Positions 44,408-54,705 of a DNA stretch of 64,000 nt are shown here, piece by piece. The notes below the pieces were generated by a model. The model was not told where the DNA came from. It ran no database searches and saw only the letters and a program-made list of their open reading frames with translations. How positions within the stretch are numbered: the stretch's first letter is position 1; every line of letters starts with the position of its first letter. Location: NCBI GenBank assembly GCA_963558405.1, contig CAUWGC010000003.1:45801-109800 (forward strand), read 5' to 3'. Position numbers and translations under genes: made by a program. Source of the stretch: an uncultured Clostridia bacterium. GTDB lineage: Bacteria > Bacillota > Clostridia > TANB77 > CAG-508.

Positions 44408-45019
44408 ATGAAAAATTGTATACAAATTCATTTAAAAAAAGACGAAATAGAATTAAGAATTCAAGAAGATGCAACACATGATGAAGTAATAGAAGCTTTA
44501 GAAAAAAAATTATATGAATTAAAAAAACTATATAAGGAGGACACAACACCTATTTTTGTTACAGGAAAAGTACTAAAAAACACAGAAATAGATGAAATTC
44601 AAAAATTAATTCACAATTGTATACCAGTTAAACTAAATTTTGAAAGTCCAAAAACATTAGGATTACATGGTATAAAGAAAACATATCATAAACCAATAGA
44701 AATCTCTGAGACAAAGTATTATAAAGGCTCTATGCGTTCTGGTCAAAAATTAGAATTTGACGGAAGTATTGTAATACTAGGAGATATAAATGCAGGAGCA
44801 GAAGTAATCGCTTCTGGAAATATTGTAGTTTTAGGTATATTAAGAGGTCTAGCACATGCAGGAGCTAAAGGAAATAAAGATGCAAGCATTGCAGCTTCTT
44901 TGATAGATACTACTCAATTAAGAATAGCTAATATAATAAAAGAAATAGAAAAAGAAGATTCAAAAGGAAAAGAAATTCATTATGCTTATGTTCAAAATGA
45001 AAATATAATTTTAGAATAG
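44408..45019 (+). CDS. minC: Septum site-determining protein MinC
   Basis: SMRSGQ, LGDINAGAEVIASGNIVVLG and RGLAHAG motifs. Confidence 0.9.
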   Translation: MKNCIQIHLKKDEIELRIQEDATHDEVIEALEKKLYELKKLYKEDTTPIFVTGKVLKNTEIDEIQKLIHNCIPVKLNFESPKTLGLHGIKKTYHKPIEISETKYYKGSMRSGQKLEFDGSIVILGDINAGAEVIASGNIVVLGILRGLAHAGAKGNKDASIAASLIDTTQLRIANIIKEIEKEDSKGKEIHYAYVQNENIILE

Positions 45020-45060
45020 TAATATAAAATTAATTAAAAGCAAGAAAATATTCTTGCTTT

Positions 45061-45372
45061 TTAATTAATTAATAATAAAATAAGAATAAGAAATAAGCTA
45101 GTATCTTTTATACCTTCTTTATAAAGAAAAAATATCAAACAAACTAATAAAATATCGTCATATTGTAGCTTTAAACCAAATAAATCTATAAAATAGTTTT
45201 CTTCAATAGTATTAGAAGAAGATTTTTTTTCTTCTTTAGCAATATTTAAGTTTTTATTTTGTAAATTTGATGTAGTATTTTGTTTATTTTTATAATTGGA
45301 GTTAAAAGTTTGTTTATAATAATTATGATAATTATATCTAGGAAAAGAAAAAGGTGAGTAAGGAAACATCAT
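45061..45372 (-). CDS. Hypothetical protein, probably sporulation-related
   Basis: DDILLVCLIFFLYKEG C-terminal motif. Overlaps the stop of the upstream gene. Confidence 0.7.
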   Translation of the reverse strand: MMFPYSPFSFPRYNYHNYYKQTFNSNYKNKQNTTSNLQNKNLNIAKEEKKSSSNTIEENYFIDLFGLKLQYDDILLVCLIFFLYKEGIKDTSLFLILILLLIN

Positions 45373-45833
45373 TTTTTCTGCTCACCACCTAAAGGACCTA
45401 ATACTTCAAAAATTTTTTCCATTTTTAAAAATTGAATATATTGATCTACTTTATTTTTTCTACTTTCTTTTAAATATGGTTTTAAAGAAAGTAATAAATT
45501 AGTTCTTGGATCATTTTTATTAGAATTTACTTTATCAAAAACGGATTTTAATTTCATTATTGTTCCAATATCAATATTAAAATCATTTTGATTATTAGAA
45601 GAATTTTCTGAACTACTAAAATTTTCTTTTTTATCAGAATTTAACATATTAGCTAATATATTAGCCATTTCAGGAGGAATTGTACAAGAAGAATTTTCTG
45701 AATTGGTATTATTGTCTGAATTATTAGAAGAACTATTTAAATTTTGAAGTATGTTTTTAATATCTTCTGGAATCTCTTTTCCATTTAGCATACTGCTAAA
45801 GTTTTTCATTAAATCAGACATATCTTCTGCCAT
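45369..45833 (-). CDS. Hypothetical protein, probably sporulation-related
   Basis: GGAGG RBS and DPRTNLLLSLKPYLKESRKNKVD motif. Confidence 0.75.
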   Translation of the reverse strand: MAEDMSDLMKNFSSMLNGKEIPEDIKNILQNLNSSSNNSDNNTNSENSSCTIPPEMANILANMLNSDKKENFSSSENSSNNQNDFNIDIGTIMKLKSVFDKVNSNKNDPRTNLLLSLKPYLKESRKNKVDQYIQFLKMEKIFEVLGPLGGEQKK

Positions 45834-45850
45834 ACAAATTCCTCCTTTTT

Positions 45851-46024
45851 TTAATTTTTATTATTATTTAACTTGCTTTGTAATTCCCCAATAATTTTAT
45901 CTTTATCCTTTGAATTTAAAATAGCATTTGCCAGAGCCAAACCTTGTTTAAGCTTATCTTGATCCATATTAGATAACATAGACATAAGTTTCGCCATATC
46001 TATATTATTTTGATTGTTATTCAT
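45851..46024 (-). CDS. Small hypothetical protein (57 aa)
   Basis: AAGGAGG RBS, MNNNQNNIDMAKLMSMLSNMDQDKLKQGLALANAIL... Below the track cutoff. Confidence 0.7.
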   Translation of the reverse strand: MNNNQNNIDMAKLMSMLSNMDQDKLKQGLALANAILNSKDKDKIIGELQSKLNNNKN

Positions 46025-46068
46025 AGTAAACCTCCTTCTTAATACATTTTTATATGTAACATATTATT

Positions 46069-46096
46069 ACTATATGAAAAATATTTTAAAAAGTTC
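46069..46096 (-). promoter_or_regulatory. Possible mother-cell (sigma-K/E) promoter
   Basis: Minus strand AC-16 bp-CATATAGT. Confidence 0.4.
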
Positions 46097-46314
46097 CTAA
46101 AAAACAGAATTGTTTTTCGTGTTAGTATTGTAATTTTCGCTATTTTACGATAAAATAAAAAACACAAATGAGAAAAGTTAAAAGAAATTTAAAAAAATAT
46201 ATCACAAAAAGTAAAAAACTTTTTCTTTACGGATACTTGAATTCTACAAAAAATTTAATATGTATATATTAAAATATGAACATAGCAAAAGAAAAAGTTT
46301 ATGAGGTGGTAAGG

Positions 46315-48801
46315 ATGTTTCAAAATATATCAAATGAGTTTCAAGATAATTTTAAAGAGGATGTTGAAGTTAAGGAAGAAAACAAAAAAGAAATAAAAAA
46401 GCAATTCTTTAAAAAAATGTTTTCTATTCCAAATATTATTTTGTATATTATTACATTTATGATTTCAACTGTTGGATTTGGAGAATTTAATCCTTTTGCA
46501 CTAAGTATATTAGCTGCTTTATGTAGTAACGGATTTCCTATTGGACCTATTTATATCATAGCTGGTATAGGAACTTTAGTAGGATTTGGAACAAGCAGTT
46601 TTTTAATATATTTAGTAACAGGATTATTTTTCTTTGCATCGCAATTAATAATAAGACCTAAAATTAATAAAAATGATGTAAATGAAAAAAGAAAAGTTGG
46701 ATTTCATATACTTATATCAACATTTTTAGTTCAAGCTATACAAATGTTATGGAAAGAATTTTATTTTTATGATGGAATGGTTGCAATATTAACATGTATA
46801 TTAGTGTATATTTTTTATAAAATATTTACTAATTCAGTTTCTGTTATTAAAGACTATCCTATAAAAAAAGCTTTTTCAGTAGAAGAAGTAATGGGAGCTA
46901 GTTTAATACTTGCAATTAGTGTATCAAGTTTACGTGATTTTTCTATTTTTGGATATAGTATTAGAAATATTTTAAGTATATTACTAGTATTAATTTTAGG
47001 ATTTAAAAATGGAATTTTAGTAGGAGCAACAGGAGGAATTACAATAGGTGTAGTTCTTGGAATTATTGGTAACAATGATCCAATAGTAGTAGCTGCGTAT
47101 GCAATTTCTGGAATGGTAGCTGGAATTTTTAATAAATTAGGAAAAATAGGTGTTATTGTAGGATTTATTATAGGTAACGTATTATTAACTTATGTAGCAA
47201 ATGGAGCAACTATTCCTATTATTCTTTTTCAAGAAATATTAATTGCATCATTAGGACTTTTAGCAGTTCCAAAAAATGCAATTATAAATATTGAAGATTT
47301 ATTTGGAAAAACAAGATTATTATCATCTGGTCCAGAAAAAATATTAGAACAAAATCAAAATACAATATATAAATTAAATACTATGTCAGAAGCAATTTCA
47401 GAAATGGCAAAAACATATTCAGAAGTGGCAGCAACAACAGTAGAAGATATAGTAGATACAGAAAATGATATAAAAGAAAAAACAACTTTTATTAAAGAAT
47501 TAAGAGATAATTTACAAGGATTAGAAGATAATATTATATATGATGATATTGTTTATGAAGATAATGGTATTGTAGAAGATATATATGAATTTATAAAAAC
47601 AAAAGGAGAAATGAAGGAAAAAGATTTAATTTCCATTTTTGAAAAATATAATAATTATATAGTAGGATTTGAAAACAATGCAGTAAATAAAAAAATATTA
47701 GAAGACATAACAAAAATTGTAAAGGCAATAAATTATACATATAAATTAAGTAAAATTAATTTTGTTTGGAAAAAGAAAATAGAAGATAGTAAAAATAATA
47801 TGGCAGTTCAATTAGAAGGTGTATCAAAAGCAATTGATAACTTAGCAGAAGAAATTAATCAAAACGGTGAATATGCAAAAGAAAAAGAAGAAATCAAATT
47901 ATTATTAAAACAAAAAGGAATACATGTAAAAGATATATCTTTAAAAAAAGAAGTAAATGGTAAAAAAACAATAGAATTATACACAGATACTTGTGAAAAT
48001 GTGGAAAATGGTGTATGTATTTCTAATAAAATTGCAAAAATATTGGGTAAAATGACAAGTGAAAAATTAGTTGTAGAAAATCAAACATGTGCAATAAAAA
48101 CAGGGCAAGATACTTGTAAGTTTACTTTTGTATCTGAAGATAAATTTAAATTACAAATAGGGATTGCAAAAGCAACAAAAACCAGATCAGAAATGTCAGG
48201 GGATTCTAGTTTACAAACTAAATTAGAAGATGGAAAATATTTAGTGGCAATTAGTGATGGTATGGGTTCTGGAAAAGAAGCTAAAAAAAGCAGTAGCATT
48301 GCTATAAAAATGTTAGAAAAAATGCTAACATCTGGGTTTGAAAAGGAAAATTCAATTAAGATGATAAATTCTATTTTAAAATCAAATACTGAAGAAGATA
48401 TGTATGCTACATTAGATATTGCGGTATTAGACTTGTTTGATGGGAATATAGAATTTATAAAAAATGGAGCATGTCCAACATATTTAAAAACAGGAAAAAG
48501 TGTTCAACTTATAAAATCATTATCATTACCAACAGGAATATTAGATAATATTGATTTGAGTGTATATGATAAAGATATTGAAGATGGTGACATACTTGTA
48601 ATGTGTAGTGATGGTATTATAGAATCTAATGGAGAATATGCAAACAAGGAACTATGGGTAAAGTATTTACTTGAAGATATTCAAACAGAACAAGTACAAA
48701 AAATAGCAGATATAATCTTAGGAGAGGCAATTGACAATAATTATGGTATGGCAAAAGATGATATGACAATTATAGTAATGCGATTTATAAAAAATAATTA
48801 G
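46315..48801 (+). CDS. spoIIE: Stage II sporulation protein E (membrane PP2C phosphatase)
   Basis: Multiple TM helices, SGDS, ISDGMGSG, ATLD, MCSDG and DDMT motifs. GAGGTGG RBS before 46315. Confidence 0.92.
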   Translation: MFQNISNEFQDNFKEDVEVKEENKKEIKKQFFKKMFSIPNIILYIITFMISTVGFGEFNPFALSILAALCSNGFPIGPIYIIAGIGTLVGFGTSSFLIYLVTGLFFFASQLIIRPKINKNDVNEKRKVGFHILISTFLVQAIQMLWKEFYFYDGMVAILTCILVYIFYKIFTNSVSVIKDYPIKKAFSVEEVMGASLILAISVSSLRDFSIFGYSIRNILSILLVLILGFKNGILVGATGGITIGVVLGIIGNNDPIVVAAYAISGMVAGIFNKLGKIGVIVGFIIGNVLLTYVANGATIPIILFQEILIASLGLLAVPKNAIINIEDLFGKTRLLSSGPEKILEQNQNTIYKLNTMSEAISEMAKTYSEVAATTVEDIVDTENDIKEKTTFIKELRDNLQGLEDNIIYDDIVYEDNGIVEDIYEFIKTKGEMKEKDLISIFEKYNNYIVGFENNAVNKKILEDITKIVKAINYTYKLSKINFVWKKKIEDSKNNMAVQLEGVSKAIDNLAEEINQNGEYAKEKEEIKLLLKQKGIHVKDISLKKEVNGKKTIELYTDTCENVENGVCISNKIAKILGKMTSEKLVVENQTCAIKTGQDTCKFTFVSEDKFKLQIGIAKATKTRSEMSGDSSLQTKLEDGKYLVAISDGMGSGKEAKKSSSIAIKMLEKMLTSGFEKENSIKMINSILKSNTEEDMYATLDIAVLDLFDGNIEFIKNGACPTYLKTGKSVQLIKSLSLPTGILDNIDLSVYDKDIEDGDILVMCSDGIIESNGEYANKELWVKYLLEDIQTEQVQKIADIILGEAIDNNYGMAKDDMTIIVMRFIKNN

Positions 48802-48862
48802 ATATATAATAATTAATTTATATAAAATAACACTAATTAAAATTAATTAGTGTTATTTTTGT

Positions 48863-49591
48863 TTATTTTCTTAAATAAATTATGGCATGTAATGTTTTTA
48901 AATCGGTGGACTTTATAGATACAATAAAAAAATCATTGCTTTCTTTTTTTAATAATACAGAATAATTTTCTCCTAATAGAGTAGAAGATTTATACATAAT
49001 TTCTATATTATTAAAATCAAAAGCAGTTACTAAATCTTCAGGTAAAACTTCATATGCAAATTTTAGATAAGAAACATTGTTTACATGATGATTTGTATCA
49101 ATGTCACGTCGTAATACAGAAAAATCTTTTTTAAAATCATAACTTTCTGGTTCTTTTAATTTTTGTTCAAAATCATCAAACACAGAAAAAGGCTCTAACT
49201 TATATAAATCCATATAAGGCTCTATATTTTTTTCAATTTTATTTTCTTTAATGTTAAATAGAACCCACTTAGAAGAAGCTTTAGCAATTATATTATTATT
49301 TTCATCATAAACTTCAAAATCACGAAAAGTATGAATTTTTTCTACTTTACTACACCAAGTTTTTACATAAATATTACTATTCCACATAGGTCTTGATAAT
49401 ATCTGTAATTTCCAGTTTATTAATATCCATGTAAAACCTGTTTTAGATATATCATTAGGTCCCATATTAACAGAAGCTGAATGAAGAGCACCAGCTTCTT
49501 GCAAATATTTTAACATTGCACTATTTGTAAAATTACCATATTCATCAAAATCAGTTAAATCTAATCTGAAAGTATAATTCATAAAAGACAT
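48863..49591 (-). CDS. Acyl-ACP thioesterase
   Basis: LQEAG, SKWVL and DIDTNHHVNNVSY motifs. Confidence 0.9.
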   Translation of the reverse strand: MSFMNYTFRLDLTDFDEYGNFTNSAMLKYLQEAGALHSASVNMGPNDISKTGFTWILINWKLQILSRPMWNSNIYVKTWCSKVEKIHTFRDFEVYDENNNIIAKASSKWVLFNIKENKIEKNIEPYMDLYKLEPFSVFDDFEQKLKEPESYDFKKDFSVLRRDIDTNHHVNNVSYLKFAYEVLPEDLVTAFDFNNIEIMYKSSTLLGENYSVLLKKESNDFFIVSIKSTDLKTLHAIIYLRK

Positions 49592-49746
49592 TTTTTTACC
49601 TTCTTTCTATTCTAGTAAGTTTACTATAATTTTTTTATTTTGTAAATAGTAAAAAATTGGAATGAACAATTTGACGAATTATCTTGTAATTTATTAGTAA
49701 AATATGGTATAGTAATGTTGGTAAAATATAAAAGTTGGAGGTAAAA

Positions 49747-51267
49747 ATGAGTAGAGGAAGAAGATATGATGGGGAAAGAAAGCTAAATCTAAAAAAAGTT
49801 TTTGCAGTTATTTTAGTTTTTATTGTCCTTATTATGTTTGTAATAGTAATACAAAAATTATTAAATTCAAAGCCTGCTGCAACTTCAGACAAAGTTTCAG
49901 AAATGAATTATTATACTGTATATACAAATGGAAAATGGGGAGTTATTGATGGAAGCGGTAAAACAATTATAGAACCTAATTATGAAGAAATGATTATTAT
50001 CCCTGATAGTACAAAACCAGTATTTCTTTGTACACAAGATGTAGATTATCAAAATGGAACATATACAACAAAAGTATTAAACGAAAAAAATGAAGAAATA
50101 TTAAAAGAATATGACAAAATAGAAACTATACAAAATTATGATAGTAGTAATAATATGTGGTATGAGAAAAATGTACTAAAAGTAAAAAAAGACAATAAAT
50201 ATGGTTTGATTGATTTTTCAGGAAAAAATATTCTTAAATGTGAATATGATTCTATAGAATCATTAAAAGGAACTAGTAATAGTATTTTAACTAAAAAAGA
50301 TGAAAAAATGGGATTAGTAGATTCAACAGGAAAAATAATTATACCAAATGAATATAAAGAAATTTTAGCAATTAGTGATAAATATGAAAACGGATATATT
50401 GTAATAAATGATAATGGACAATACGGAATTATAGGATACAATACTAAAACAATAATAGAACCTAAATATCAAGAGATAAAACCTATTTATGGAAATGAAT
50501 TATATGTAGTAAAAGAAAATGATTCATGGAAAATAGCAAATAAAGAAAGTGTTTTATTTGAACTTGGTGAAAATAACGTAGAAGAAATAAATGGACAAAA
50601 TATTGTAGTTTCAAACAAGAATGGATATGGTGTATTAGACTCTGCTGGAAATGAAAAAATTCCAACAACATATCAATATTTAAGTTACACATTTGGAGAA
50701 TACTATATAGCAAAAAAAGATGACAAATACGGAATTATTAACATAGCAAACGAAACAAAAGTTGATTTTAAATATACAAATTTAAATTATCGTAAAAACG
50801 AAGACTTTTTAGAAGCATCTATAGATGATGTTACATCAGATATTTTAGACCATGATTTCCAAGTAAAAGTAACTGGAATACTATCAGAAGTTAATAATGA
50901 AAAAGGTTTCTTAAAAGTACGAATAGGGGACGAATATAAATACTATAATTTTAAATTTGAAGAAAAACAAAGCAAAAATATTTATCCAGAAAATACATTA
51001 TTTTTAAGCAAAAAAGATGGAAAATATGGATATGTAGATAAAAATGGAGTTGTTGTAGTAAATTATATTTATGAAGATGCTATGGAACAAAATAAATTTG
51101 GATTCGCAGCAGTAAAAAAAGACGGAAAATGGGGAGCAATTGATAAAAACGGAAAAGAAGTAGCAGAATTTAAAAATACAATGGAAAATAATCTTGTTAT
51201 AGATTTCATAGGAAAATATCATTTGGCAGAAGATATTAATGCAAATTATTATACAGATGAATTATAA
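49747..51267 (+). CDS. WG-repeat protein with N-terminal anchor
   Basis: Repeated KWGVID/KYGLID/KYGYVD/KWGAID...II.P.Y units. Confidence 0.88.
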   Translation: MSRGRRYDGERKLNLKKVFAVILVFIVLIMFVIVIQKLLNSKPAATSDKVSEMNYYTVYTNGKWGVIDGSGKTIIEPNYEEMIIIPDSTKPVFLCTQDVDYQNGTYTTKVLNEKNEEILKEYDKIETIQNYDSSNNMWYEKNVLKVKKDNKYGLIDFSGKNILKCEYDSIESLKGTSNSILTKKDEKMGLVDSTGKIIIPNEYKEILAISDKYENGYIVINDNGQYGIIGYNTKTIIEPKYQEIKPIYGNELYVVKENDSWKIANKESVLFELGENNVEEINGQNIVVSNKNGYGVLDSAGNEKIPTTYQYLSYTFGEYYIAKKDDKYGIINIANETKVDFKYTNLNYRKNEDFLEASIDDVTSDILDHDFQVKVTGILSEVNNEKGFLKVRIGDEYKYYNFKFEEKQSKNIYPENTLFLSKKDGKYGYVDKNGVVVVNYIYEDAMEQNKFGFAAVKKDGKWGAIDKNGKEVAEFKNTMENNLVIDFIGKYHLAEDINANYYTDEL

Positions 51268-51293
51268 AATAAAAAGAGCATTATTAAATGCTC

Positions 51294-52943
51294 CAGACTG
51301 TTGACAAAGTATATAAAAATATTTTGCTCAACAGTCTTTTCTTTTTTTAAAAAATGATGTAGAATAAATATGGTTCTCCATTCAGCAAAATGAGAACTAA
51401 AAAATGTAGATTTTTCTTAGAAAAGTCTGCATTTTTTCTTTACTTATGGTATAATTTAATTGCTGAATGGAGATGGTGAAAATGTTAAAAAAAATAGAAA
51501 ATATTCAAAGTAAATTAGTATTGTATACATTAGATGAATTAGTTCCAGAAGAAAGTTTGTTTAGAAAAATAGATAAATACATAGATTTTACATTCATTTA
51601 TGATAAGGTAAAAGATTTGTATTGTTCAAATAACGGTAGATATAGTATAGATCCAGTTGTATTGTTTAAATTAGTATTTATTCAAGCAATAGATGGACTA
51701 AAGTCAATGAGAAAAACTTGTGAGAAAATTAAAGTAGATTTAGAGTATAGATGGTTTTTAGGAATACCTTTAGGTGAACCTACACCTCATTATTCAACAT
51801 TTAGTCAAAATTACATAAGAAGATTTCAAGGAACAGATGTCTTTGAAGAAATATTTGTAGAGATAGTTGAACAAGCAATAAAATATAATTTAGTAAAAGG
51901 AGAAACTTTTTTTACAGATTCTACACATAAAAAAGCAAATGCAAATAAAAATAAATTTCATGAAGAAATTCAAGAAGTTGTTCATAAAAGAAAAGAATGG
52001 TTAGAAAAAGAAATAAATGAAGAAAGAAAAAAACAAGGAAAAAAAGAATTTGAATTTACAGAAAAAATAGAAGAGAAAAAAATAAAGGTTAGTGATACAG
52101 ACAATGAAAGTGGATATTACCATAGAGATAATAAAGAAAAAGGCTTTATGTATTTAGACCATAGAACTGTAGATTCAAAATGTAATATAATTGTAGACTG
52201 TCACATAACCAAAGGGAATGTACATGATTCAAAACCATATATAGAAAGAATGGAACATATAAAGAAAAAATTTGGATTTAATATAAAAGAAGTGGGAGTA
52301 GATTCAGGATATGATACATTAGAAATAAAGAAATATTTTGAAGATAATAAGATATTTGGAGTAATAGCATATAGAAGATACCAACAAGGAGATACACAAA
52401 TAAGAAAATATGAATTTAAATATAATAAAGATAAAGATTATTATGTTTGTCCAAAGACAGGAATAATCATTCCATACACAGGAAAAATAGACAGAGAAGG
52501 ATATAAATGGTATTCAAGTAAAGAAAATTGTAAAGGTTGTCCATATATAAATGAATGTTGTAAAAAACAAGGATATAGGGTAATAAGAAGATTAATATGT
52601 GAAGAATTAAATGAAAACTCAAGGGAACGTAGATTATCTCAAAGAGGCAAAGAACTATATAAATTACGAAAAGAAAAAATTGAAAGAAGTTTTGCTGATA
52701 GCAAAAATAATCATGGTTATAGATATGCAATGTATAAAGGAGTAGAAAAAAATCAAAATTATACTTGGCTTATTTGTGCTGCCCAAAATATGAAAAATAT
52801 ATCATTAAAACTACAAAAAGTAATGGGATAATTCCCATTATTTTTTGTTTTATTATAAAAAAAATAAATATTGAGATTTATAAAAAAATTTAAGAAAAAA
52901 GACTGTTGAACAAAATATTTTTATATACTTTGTCAACAGTCTG
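51294..52943 (+). mobile_element. IS1182-family insertion sequence (1650 bp)
   Basis: 47 bp terminal inverted repeats with 1 mismatch (51294-51340, 52897-52943), flanked by the 18 bp direct repeat GAGCATTATTAAATGCTC. Confidence 0.93.
51482..52831 (+). CDS. IS1182-family DDE transposase
   Basis: GRYSIDPVVLFK, YRWFLG, TDST, VDSGY and RKEKIERSFADSK motifs. Confidence 0.93.
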   Translation: MLKKIENIQSKLVLYTLDELVPEESLFRKIDKYIDFTFIYDKVKDLYCSNNGRYSIDPVVLFKLVFIQAIDGLKSMRKTCEKIKVDLEYRWFLGIPLGEPTPHYSTFSQNYIRRFQGTDVFEEIFVEIVEQAIKYNLVKGETFFTDSTHKKANANKNKFHEEIQEVVHKRKEWLEKEINEERKKQGKKEFEFTEKIEEKKIKVSDTDNESGYYHRDNKEKGFMYLDHRTVDSKCNIIVDCHITKGNVHDSKPYIERMEHIKKKFGFNIKEVGVDSGYDTLEIKKYFEDNKIFGVIAYRRYQQGDTQIRKYEFKYNKDKDYYVCPKTGIIIPYTGKIDREGYKWYSSKENCKGCPYINECCKKQGYRVIRRLICEELNENSRERRLSQRGKELYKLRKEKIERSFADSKNNHGYRYAMYKGVEKNQNYTWLICAAQNMKNISLKLQKVMG

Positions 52944-53071
52944 GAGCATTATTAAATGCTCTTTTTAAATATTAATACAAATTAATTAATATTAATTTAC
53001 AAATAACTATTGGAATTAAAAAAGATAAGTGATAAAATAAATTAGAAAATTATAAAAATGAGGAATGAAAA

Positions 53072-54307
53072 ATGGAACTAAAGATTAGATACCAATATAC
53101 AAATTTTATTTATCCTTATATTATACAAGGAAAAAGTATTATAGGATATTTAGAAAGATTGTTAGCAGATAAAAAATGTAAATTAAAAATATTTGAAAAA
53201 GAAAAAGATTATGGAATATATTCTTATTTTCTACCTGTGGTAAGAGATTATATGTTTTGGACATTTTCTTTAAATTCAAATAAGATAAGAGAATTTTATG
53301 AATTAGATAACAAAATGAAAGCTGTTATTCTTGCAAAACATCCATGCACAATTTTTGAATATGATATTGGAAATAAAACTCAGGGAAAATTAGGAGAAAA
53401 AAATGGAATTTTCTTTCATATACAAAAAGTAGAGATTATTTGTTTTTCAACAGGAATATGTTTTTTAAATTTTAAAACAAATATAGAAGAAAGCAATGAA
53501 TTTGCAGATGTTTTAAATTTTAATTATAAATTTAGAGATATACATTCTGAATTAACAGGATTAAAAGGATATGAAAATATAAATATACAAACAGATTCTT
53601 TTCAAGATAGAAAAGAATTACAAGACTTTATTAATGATATTTGTGGAGATAATAAAAGTGCAAAAGATTTAAATATTGATATTGATAGATTTTTAACATA
53701 TACATATACTTGTATAGAACCAGAATATTGGAATGAAAAAAATAATTTTGAAGATATTAATTATCCATTTTTAAAATATACAAATGTATTTCCAAATAGC
53801 TATCAGACAGATTTTAATACTACTAATTCACAAAAAAATTTCAGTATTTTAGATATGTTTAAATATATTAAAATTGGCTTTACAAAAGTAGGTACAGCAT
53901 TGTTAACTTCTGCAATTGATGCTAGTAACTATACTAAATTACCTTTTGCATATGAGAATGAATATTTTTATACATATATATTATTATTATATAAAAAAAT
54001 ATATTTAAAAAAATTAAATATGGATTTTAAGACAGAAAAATGGGTGGAAAGACCAAGACAAAATTTTGTATCATTTACACAAGAAATTTGGATTCAAGAA
54101 ATTACAAATGATGAGTTAGGTTCTAATATGGAGAAAAAATGGAAGGATGTATTAGAATTAAATAAGCATTATGAAGAAGTAAAAAGTAAATATGATATAG
54201 TATATAAAGATTCTAATGTAAATAGAACAACTAAAACTAATATTATAGTAAGTATTGTACTTTTAATACTATTATTATTAAATTTAATACATTTTTTAGG
54301 TCTTTAA
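53072..54307 (+). CDS. Hypothetical protein with a C-terminal TM helix
   Basis: 411 aa ORF with GAGGA RBS. No confident family. Confidence 0.7.
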   Translation: MELKIRYQYTNFIYPYIIQGKSIIGYLERLLADKKCKLKIFEKEKDYGIYSYFLPVVRDYMFWTFSLNSNKIREFYELDNKMKAVILAKHPCTIFEYDIGNKTQGKLGEKNGIFFHIQKVEIICFSTGICFLNFKTNIEESNEFADVLNFNYKFRDIHSELTGLKGYENINIQTDSFQDRKELQDFINDICGDNKSAKDLNIDIDRFLTYTYTCIEPEYWNEKNNFEDINYPFLKYTNVFPNSYQTDFNTTNSQKNFSILDMFKYIKIGFTKVGTALLTSAIDASNYTKLPFAYENEYFYTYILLLYKKIYLKKLNMDFKTEKWVERPRQNFVSFTQEIWIQEITNDELGSNMEKKWKDVLELNKHYEEVKSKYDIVYKDSNVNRTTKTNIIVSIVLLILLLLNLIHFLGL

Positions 54308-54320
54308 TGGAGGAAAATGT

Positions 54321-54695
54321 ATGAAAACATTTTGTGGTACAGATATAATAGAGGTAAATAGAATACAAGAGATAATAGAAGAAGAAAAAGAAAAATTTTT
54401 AGAAAGAATTTTTACACAAAAAGAAATAGCGTATTGCGAAAAAAAGAAAATAGTAAAATACCAACATTATGCAGGTAGATTTGCAGCAAAAGAAGCAATT
54501 TTTAAAGCTATTTCTCCTTTTTTAAAAAACAAGTATGATATTTCGTGGAAAAATATAGAAATTGAAAATGATGAAAATGGAAGACCTATTGTAAATTTAA
54601 TAGGAATTTGTTTGAAAAATATAGAAAACATAGATGTAAGCATTTCACATGTAAAAGATATGGCAATTGCAACATGTATAATTAGTTGTAAATAA
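54321..54695 (+). CDS. acpS: Holo-ACP synthase
   Basis: GTDIIE, RFAAKEA and VSISH motifs. Confidence 0.94.
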   Translation: MKTFCGTDIIEVNRIQEIIEEEKEKFLERIFTQKEIAYCEKKKIVKYQHYAGRFAAKEAIFKAISPFLKNKYDISWKNIEIENDENGRPIVNLIGICLKNIENIDVSISHVKDMAIATCIISCK

Positions 54696-54705
54696 GGAGA
54701 AGATT

